Shown in pieces: positions 57,552 to 64,000 of a DNA stretch of 64,000 bases. The position numbers and the translations under genes were made by a program. The notes beneath the pieces were generated by a model. The model made no database searches and had not been told where the DNA came from. It saw nothing but the letters and a program-made list of their open reading frames with translations. The first letter of the stretch is position 1; the number at the start of each line of letters is the position of its first letter. Origin of the DNA: Acidobacteriota bacterium (GTDB taxonomy: Bacteria; Acidobacteriota; UBA6911; RPQK01; JAJDTT01); contig OZ253580.1 in the NCBI GenBank assembly GCA_965263035.1, positions 4,096,001-4,160,000 on the forward strand. The letters run 5' to 3'.

Positions 57552-57705
57552 CCGAACGATCTTTCTGGTCAGTACAGGGGCCAATTGTCGGAAATCCGCA
57601 CCAAGATGGTTCCCGCACTCCAGTGGACTCTTGCCCTTTGGCGAAGCGGATCTCGAGGACGGGAGTCTTCAGGAGCCCCTGGCGTTGACACGCCGCGGAA
57701 GGGGT

Positions 57706-58599
57706 TCAACCGTGAACGTCGCCGCTTCGGGTCGGCGGTTCCGGCTGGTTCCAGGGCATCGTGATCGTCGGTTTGGGATCGTGGTGGTCGCCTCGGGGCG
57801 GCTTCGGTGTCGACCCGAACTCTTCGATCCAGCGCGCCAACTGCCGGGCCGATTCCATGACTGCCCGCCGGCCTTTTTCCTTGGTCGCCAGTGTGGCGTG
57901 GCCCAGTACGCCGCTGTCCGAATAGCTGGCCGTCCAAGAAGTGACGGGAGCCGGTCCGGACGCAAGAAGATCGGTCCAGAAGAAGTCGGAGTTGGCCCTG
58001 TTGTATTCGATTTCTCCATCGGCAATCTTGTCTTTCCGGACGTTTTCTTCGTCGAGATACAGGTACGCGGAGGTTTCCAGCTCTCCTGCATGAGAGCAAC
58101 CGCCGGGAAACTTGCTCTCCCTCCAGGACTTGTAGAACTCTTGGTCGATGGTGATCAGGCTCCACCAACAGACGGCGCTGCATTCCGCATCGGTCTCCAG
58201 ATTGATCCGCCGGGAGGCCAGATCCAGATTGGGCCAGTTGGAACCGTGTCCGTTGAGCAGGATGATCTTTTTGAATCCGTGATAGGCGAGGCTCTTCCCC
58301 ACGTCCATGACCATGCGGATGAAGTGCTCGTAGTGGATGTTGATAGTCCCGGGGAAGTCCATCACGTGGGCCGTGTAGCCATGGATGATGGGCGGCATTA
58401 TCAGAACCTGATCGGGGATGAGCCGGGCCGCATGGTGTGCGACTCCCACGGGACAGACTACGTCCACGTCCAGTGGAAGATGGGGGCCGTGCTGTTCGAT
58501 CGATCCGATCGGCACCACGACGACCTTCGTGGCCTGGACCGCCTGATTGATCTCCGGCCACGTCAGTTTTTCGTATCGCCAAGGTTCTCTGGTGGACAT
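57706..58599 (-). CDS. Creatininase family amidohydrolase
   Basis: PIGSIEQHGPHLPLDVD, FPGTI, NGHGSN, HAGELETS; GGAGG RBS before ATG 58599. Confidence 0.92.
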   Translation of the reverse strand: MSTREPWRYEKLTWPEINQAVQATKVVVVPIGSIEQHGPHLPLDVDVVCPVGVAHHAARLIPDQVLIMPPIIHGYTAHVMDFPGTINIHYEHFIRMVMDVGKSLAYHGFKKIILLNGHGSNWPNLDLASRRINLETDAECSAVCWWSLITIDQEFYKSWRESKFPGGCSHAGELETSAYLYLDEENVRKDKIADGEIEYNRANSDFFWTDLLASGPAPVTSWTASYSDSGVLGHATLATKEKGRRAVMESARQLARWIEEFGSTPKPPRGDHHDPKPTITMPWNQPEPPTRSGDVHG

Positions 58600-58763
58600 G
58601 GAACTACCTCCTTGCTCTGCCGAATATTTCCGATTCAAAAATCAGTCACGTCGTTATGGAGACGAAGACCGCGAGCGCGGCGACGGTCACGCTCGCGGAC
58701 GGTCTCCACTCGGCGTTCCGTCGGGTTCAGTTGAGTGCTTCCTCACACTATTCTTCGACCCTG

Positions 58764-61481
58764 TCAGCGGCACCCCGATTCGTCAATGACACACGCCCGG
58801 GTCGCTCGCCCGGTCTCTTCTCCGTGGAGCCATATGAATAGTGGAGCATGCGGTTCCGGGGGCGGCCAGGGTACGGGAATCCTGAGGGTCTGCTCTTGGG
58901 AACCGGTCGGTGAGGGGGTGGCGCTACTCACGACCGGACAACCTTCCCTCTCATTCCAGCCCACTCTGGCGATCTGATACAGATGTTCGCCGGTTAGGGT
59001 CCCCTCGTACAGTGGTGTGTTCCGGTTCTCCAAATTACAATCGACTCGATCGTCCAGCCGTTCGCGTTTCATGACGAATCGCTCAATCCTCGGGAGCCGG
59101 ATCACTTTGCCCAAGCTGTAGCTGTTCGACAATCCTCGGGTCCGATCTTTTAGTCTCGCGGTGAGAAAGCAGTTGGGAACCTTCAGGTCTCCCGGGTCAA
59201 TCGAGAGAAACAACGTATCGTTGCCGGTGAAGTCGAATGACGCCATCCCTTGACGCTGCCCGGCGCTAAGTGTCAACTCGGCTTGAAATGGCCTTCCGGT
59301 CGGGCTACATCCCAACTCGAGGGACGGTGGGGAACCAAGGTTCTTTACTTCGATCGTGAAGCCGGCAAGCACACCCGACGGGATCTCACCCTCTCTCAGC
59401 CCCAGCTCCGCACCAGGTGGGAGCAATCGGTCGTGATTGACTATGCTGGGACGGGGACCAGCGACTTCGACGCACCCTCCTGAGACACTACGGGGACCTG
59501 TGCGGCTCAGTAGTTGCAATTGGAATGGCAGGCAGTCTCCCTCTTTGAAGTCGGAGTTCTCATCCAATGAAACCGTCGCGGTCCTCTTGGACCCTGCTCC
59601 CATAGAGGGCCAGCTTTCCAAATCACAACTCAATGGATCTTCGTGGAGTTTCCAAGTCAACTTGTCACCGATGATTCCGCAGATCCACTCCAGACCGGTA
59701 CCCTCCAAGGTAAGTGTGTCTGCTTCTCCGCTTTCGCCGGCCATTCTCAATGGCTGGTTGGTGATCTTGGGATCGGCGGGATAAATCGTCAGGTCGGTGT
59801 CGGTAGTTGTGTCGTCGGATGAGGTCGTCCTGAGTTGGTAGAAACCGGAGGTGAGAGCATTGGTATCCAGATCGACGGCCAGTTTTGGTTGTTTGCCGGA
59901 GGCCGTATCTCTATTGGACAACCGAAAGTGGAGCCGTCCGTCTGCCGTGGAGGGCAATTGCCGGGTGGACGAGTCGCGTGGGCGCTTCCAGGAAAAGAGC
60001 GGAGCTGTACCCGTCTCCCAACCTTTATCAGGGGCCCGGAAAAGCTCCAGCTTTTCGACGAACTGGAAATCGTTGGCCTCCAACTCAACGCGGACGGGTC
60101 CCCTGCCTGCAATCAGTGGATCTTCCGGTTCAAGGTGGACTGTTACGTCCCCTGATTCCAAGGAATGGAGTCGAAACTCGCTCGACTTCAAATTCTCGTT
60201 GTCCCAATCCCAGGCAGCTTCGAGAACGTAACGTCCGTCTTTCGGAGGCTCCGGGAACTCCATGACGCTCGATTGCCGCTCCCAGTTCAGCTTCAAAGTA
60301 TCCAGCGACGGTTGTGAGACCGTAATCTGTTTGAAGGTTTGTTCCGTATCGACGTTGACGAGCTCCCAGGCACGGGCCCGGTGCAGTTGAGAGATGCTAC
60401 GTTCCAGGTGCAGCAAGGCGTCCCGGCCAATCGGCAGATGCTGGTTGGATTTAATCGTCACCGCCGGGGGTTTCTTCACATGGGTGAGCAATGCTCCAAG
60501 ATACACAGTTTCCTGAGGTTTGCCGGTAGCGGACAGGGAATACAGAGTGATGTTGTCGGGATCTTCCTTCTGGATGAGGACAGGCTCGATGTCGTAGATT
60601 TTCTTGAACGGAACTGAAACATTCGTGGCTAACGTGGTCAGGCCCTTTATCAGCGAAGCGAAGGGCACGCCGACGGATGCAGCGGATCCAGCTATGTTCC
60701 CGACCGAACGCGCCGCTCTTCGAAAACGACTACTTGGCTGCGAGTCGCGTGGGTCGTCGTACAGCAGGGCAGGGGTCACGGCGCGCGCCAAGTGATTCAT
60801 CCGGAGAATGGCCGGATCTCCTTTGTCGAGCCGGTTCGCGTCAAACCGATAACGGGAGGCAAATTCGTCCAACAAGGTAACCAGGGGTTCGTCATTCCGA
60901 GACTCTTCCCAAGCGGCCACCGCTTTTTTAATCGTATCCTCCTCCGCCTTCAGATCGGCATAATTGGCGAGTTGAGTGACGAAATTTAGATAGTCCGGGT
61001 CGTTGAGCGCACTGTTGATTTTAATAATAAAATCGTCGTTCCATTTCCTGTGACTGAAAACCACTCCCAAAATCTTCACGTCACCGTTGTCGGGAATCTT
61101 CCACTCCGGATGAGCGGGGGCCCCGTTATTGTCGTAGACGCCGTTACGGCCCAGTTCCACAATCTTGGGAGATACCTCGTAGAACGCGACCCAGGCGTTC
61201 TTTCTGTCTTCCTTTTTCTGGTCGATATAATTCTCCAACTTGGCGAGGACGATATTCTGGCCTCCCATCAACTGATTCACTTTGGTGAGGGGCAGCTTCA
61301 TCACGTCGTCCGGACCTTGTCGATTTGCTTTTTCTACCAGCAGCCGGAATCTTCCGAGCAGGTTGCTTGCCGGCAGTTCCTCTGCTACTGCCTGCTGACA
61401 CACGACCCAGGCCAGAGCCAGTCCTACCGCCAGAGTCTTCCGGGTTCCTGTCATGTCAACCTCCAGCAATATTCTATTCAT
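58764..61481 (-). CDS. Large hypothetical secreted protein (beta-rich C-terminal half)
   Basis: 905-aa ORF; signal peptide from MTGTRK (GGAGG RBS, ATG ~61454); lower GC than neighbours. Confidence 0.7.
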   Translation of the reverse strand: MNRILLEVDMTGTRKTLAVGLALAWVVCQQAVAEELPASNLLGRFRLLVEKANRQGPDDVMKLPLTKVNQLMGGQNIVLAKLENYIDQKKEDRKNAWVAFYEVSPKIVELGRNGVYDNNGAPAHPEWKIPDNGDVKILGVVFSHRKWNDDFIIKINSALNDPDYLNFVTQLANYADLKAEEDTIKKAVAAWEESRNDEPLVTLLDEFASRYRFDANRLDKGDPAILRMNHLARAVTPALLYDDPRDSQPSSRFRRAARSVGNIAGSAASVGVPFASLIKGLTTLATNVSVPFKKIYDIEPVLIQKEDPDNITLYSLSATGKPQETVYLGALLTHVKKPPAVTIKSNQHLPIGRDALLHLERSISQLHRARAWELVNVDTEQTFKQITVSQPSLDTLKLNWERQSSVMEFPEPPKDGRYVLEAAWDWDNENLKSSEFRLHSLESGDVTVHLEPEDPLIAGRGPVRVELEANDFQFVEKLELFRAPDKGWETGTAPLFSWKRPRDSSTRQLPSTADGRLHFRLSNRDTASGKQPKLAVDLDTNALTSGFYQLRTTSSDDTTTDTDLTIYPADPKITNQPLRMAGESGEADTLTLEGTGLEWICGIIGDKLTWKLHEDPLSCDLESWPSMGAGSKRTATVSLDENSDFKEGDCLPFQLQLLSRTGPRSVSGGCVEVAGPRPSIVNHDRLLPPGAELGLREGEIPSGVLAGFTIEVKNLGSPPSLELGCSPTGRPFQAELTLSAGQRQGMASFDFTGNDTLFLSIDPGDLKVPNCFLTARLKDRTRGLSNSYSLGKVIRLPRIERFVMKRERLDDRVDCNLENRNTPLYEGTLTGEHLYQIARVGWNEREGCPVVSSATPSPTGSQEQTLRIPVPWPPPEPHAPLFIWLHGEETGRATRACVIDESGCR

Positions 61482-61853
61482 GAGTCATCCGGGCTGATCC
61501 TCACGAGTGCCGACCGAACCCCGTCGCTCAACTCCAACTCCCCGTGCCGTCCAGCGCCTCCAACACTTCGGGATGCGGTGCCGAAAATTTTGACTAAAAA
61601 AAGTGACGTCGATATGGGACGGGGACAACGAGTGCGGCGACGCTGACAGTCGCTGACGGTCTGGGCTTGAATTTTTCTTCAGGGCGCGGGTCAGAGCGTC
61701 CTCGCGTAGTCCTTCGCCCCCGTTGAGAGGCAGTTTACCCCATCCTAGCGGTCCTGTTTGCTGCGGAGAACTGCTATTTTCAATGGAACGACAGAGGCTG
61801 CGGGCAACGGGTGATCCCATCCTCCCGCGGCAAGTACCCGACGAATTTCAGAC

Positions 61854-63440
61854 ATGAATACGACGGATCTGGCCATCATCCTGGTATCGCTCGCGGTGGT
61901 GGTCACGGTCGGTCTGTGGGCGTCCCGCCACCAGGGCAGGAGCGCTCGGGACTACTTTCTTGCCTCCCGGCAATTGCCCTGGTGGATCATCGGGGCCGCC
62001 TTCGTTTCCACCAGCGTCTCCAGCGAGCAGATCGTGGGTACCGTGGGTATTGCCTACGAGACGGGCATGGGCGTGGCCAACTGGGAGTGGTTCATCCTGC
62101 CGCAGTACACGCTGCTCATGCTCTTCTTCATCCCGTTGTATCTCAAGAATCGCATCACGACGGTGCCGGAGCTACTGGCGCGAAGGTACGGTCCCCTCTG
62201 CGGAAACATCTACAGCTGGGCGACTCTGGTGGCGTATGTCTTCATCTTCCTGGTGCCGGTTCTGTACGGCGGAAGCCTGGTCCTGTCCCAATTGACCGGG
62301 TTGGACTTCTCTCTCGTGCTCTGGGCGATCGTTGCCCTGGTGGCCCTGTACACGGCCAAAGGCGGCCTCAAGGCCGTGGTGTGGACCGATGCGGTCCAGT
62401 GCCTGATGCTGGTGGGCGGCGGTCTGGTGCTCTTCTTCGTTGCCCTTTCCCAGATCGAGGGCGGCTGGAGCGCCATGGTGGAGGCCAATCCCGACCGCTT
62501 CCATCTCTACCGTCCGGCGGGCGACGAGACCGCACCCTTCCTGGGGATGATCGCGGCTTCCTTCGGTGTCTTCCTCTGGTACCAGGGATGCAATCAGGTC
62601 ATGATCCAGCGGGTGCTGGGCGCCAGATCCACCTGGGACGGCCTGATGGGCATCGTCTTCGCGGGATTCATCAATCTCCTCCGCCCGCTGGTCACCTGTT
62701 TCCTCGGATTTGTCGTCTACCACTGGATCCACGTCATGCATCGGGCCGAGCCGCTGGAAAACAGCGATCTGGCCTTCTCCTTCGCCCTCGACACCCTGAG
62801 CCCCGAATGGGGACTGCGGGGCATCGTGGTGACCGGATTCCTGGCGGCCATCATGTCGACGACCAGCGCTCTGGCGAACTCCACGGCGACCATCTTCTCC
62901 CTGGACGTCTACCAGAAGCTGATCCATCCCGGCGCGAGCGACGCGAAGCTGGTCCGTGTCGGGCGGGCGGTCTCCGTCACCGCGCTGGCCGCGGCGGCGT
63001 TGCTGGCGCCGGCCGTCGAGTCGGCGGGAGGAATCTTCCGGTACTTTCAGACCGGTGTGACCTATCTGTCGGTGCCTTTCATCACGGTCATCCTGTTCGG
63101 CTTCTTCTGGAAGCGGGCCAACTACGCGGCCGGCGTCTTCGGTCTCACCGCGGGACTGGCGATTCCGGTGCTGGTGGCCGTGAGCCTGCCCCGGTTCGGC
63201 ATCGACCTGCATTGGCTCTACAACGGCTTCATCGCCCAGATTCTGATCTCCATCGGGTTCGTGATCGTTGCCCTGAGCACGCCGCCTCCCGACCCGCTTG
63301 AAGTGAAGACATTCCTCTGGTCGCCGCGGCTGCTGACGCAATACGATGAAGGAGAACGGCGGCCGATCTACCTGCGTGTCTCGTTCTGGTGGGGGATCTA
63401 CGCGATCGTCTGGTTCTATCTGTATTGGAAATTCTGGTAG
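61854..63440 (+). CDS. Sodium:solute (sugar) symporter
   Basis: DYFLASR.LPWW, S.EQ.VG, GGLKAVVWTD, NQ..IQRVLGA, AAIMST. Confidence 0.93.
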   Translation: MNTTDLAIILVSLAVVVTVGLWASRHQGRSARDYFLASRQLPWWIIGAAFVSTSVSSEQIVGTVGIAYETGMGVANWEWFILPQYTLLMLFFIPLYLKNRITTVPELLARRYGPLCGNIYSWATLVAYVFIFLVPVLYGGSLVLSQLTGLDFSLVLWAIVALVALYTAKGGLKAVVWTDAVQCLMLVGGGLVLFFVALSQIEGGWSAMVEANPDRFHLYRPAGDETAPFLGMIAASFGVFLWYQGCNQVMIQRVLGARSTWDGLMGIVFAGFINLLRPLVTCFLGFVVYHWIHVMHRAEPLENSDLAFSFALDTLSPEWGLRGIVVTGFLAAIMSTTSALANSTATIFSLDVYQKLIHPGASDAKLVRVGRAVSVTALAAAALLAPAVESAGGIFRYFQTGVTYLSVPFITVILFGFFWKRANYAAGVFGLTAGLAIPVLVAVSLPRFGIDLHWLYNGFIAQILISIGFVIVALSTPPPDPLEVKTFLWSPRLLTQYDEGERRPIYLRVSFWWGIYAIVWFYLYWKFW

Positions 63441-63490
63441 CGTGCCGCCCCATCTTTCGCCGCGCTCACAGGACTGAGAAAGAAAAAACC

Positions 63491-64000
63491 GTGTCCGGAG
63501 CAAGCTTGCTGATCGACCTGACGCTGCTCGTCGGCATTGCGATTCCCATCGTGGCGCTGGCGCACCGGTTGTCGGCTCCCTCCCTGGTGGGTTTCCTGGT
63601 GGCGGGAATCCTGGTGGGTCCCAATGGACTCGGGCTGATCGGCGCCACGGACGAGGTGGAAGTCCTGGCCGAACTCGGCGTCGCCCTGCTGCTCTTCGCG
63701 GTGGGACTTGAGTTGTCCCTGTCCCACGTCCGCCAATGGGCGAGCTCGGTATTCATCGGCGGAGGATTGCAGGTGGGCTGCACACTGCTCGCCGTGGCGG
63801 CGGCAGCGATCGCCTTCGGCATTGCGCCGGGCCAGGCGATCTTCTACGGCGCCGTGGCCGCGCTGTCTTCGACTGCCATCGTCACCAAGACCTATTCGGA
63901 CAGGGCCGAACTGGACACGGCGCACGGGCGCTCCGTCATCTCCATCCTGCTCTTCCAGGATTTGTGCGTATTGCCGGCCATTCTGGTGCTGCCGGTGCTC
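63491..64000 (+). CDS. Monovalent cation:proton antiporter-2 (KefB/KefC-like), 3' truncated by window
   Basis: Manual translation from GTG 63491: ...VGFLVAGILVGPNGLGLI...LAELGVALLLFAVGLE...LSSTAIV...ILLFQD; absent from the ORF track because it has no stop. Confidence 0.88.
   Translation, partial: MSGASLLIDLTLLVGIAIPIVALAHRLSAPSLVGFLVAGILVGPNGLGLIGATDEVEVLAELGVALLLFAVGLELSLSHVRQWASSVFIGGGLQVGCTLLAVAAAAIAFGIAPGQAIFYGAVAALSSTAIVTKTYSDRAELDTAHGRSVISILLFQDLCVLPAILVLPVL

Noticed and set aside
57706-58599. Mycofactocin mftE
   Set aside because: No other mft genes nearby; a generic creatininase call is safer
61680-61750. c-di-GMP-I riboswitch on the minus strand (GGTAAAC...)
   Set aside because: Lacks the GNRA loop and the CGCAAA/receptor elements
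431-63503. Many long antisense/alternate-frame ORFs (e.g. 19353-21560, 32279-34792, 42824-45367, 12364-14040)
   Set aside because: Shadows of motif-bearing genes in high-GC DNA; no recognisable motifs

Overview
GC-rich bacterial DNA, most likely Acidobacteria. This is inferred from an Acidobacteria-type TonB-dependent receptor, a GWxTD protein, a CRTAC1/ASPIC-UnbV protein and a PVC-type CxxCH protein. Most of the window is catabolic: an amide/amine operon (1-4325), a sugar-acid-type cluster with a sodium:solute symporter (4335-10341), and a PUL-like region (18.9-47.7 kb). In that region a TonB receptor is followed by SIX paralogous ~730-770 aa secreted/lipoproteins of an uncharacterised family (GH20/GH67-like zincin N-domain), interleaved with SGNH, beta-propeller, Tat, Gfo/Idh/MocA and enolase-superfamily genes. 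The right part is accessory. It holds an orphan HigA; a compact NrtR-like / ARPP-1 / vWA module whose divergent promoters are overlapped by two 21-bp palindromes (one exact GT-N7-AC), a candidate ADP-ribose-responsive system; an apionate-lactonase-like gene; an IS remnant followed by two PD-(D/E)XK-type nuclease genes (candidate defence islet); a creatininase; a large unknown secreted protein; a second symporter; and a truncated CPA2 antiporter. Several REP-like hairpins, heptamer tandem repeats and AT-rich inverted repeats lie between genes. No rRNA, tRNA or CRISPR array was seen. All family calls come from motif recognition by eye, not database searches.
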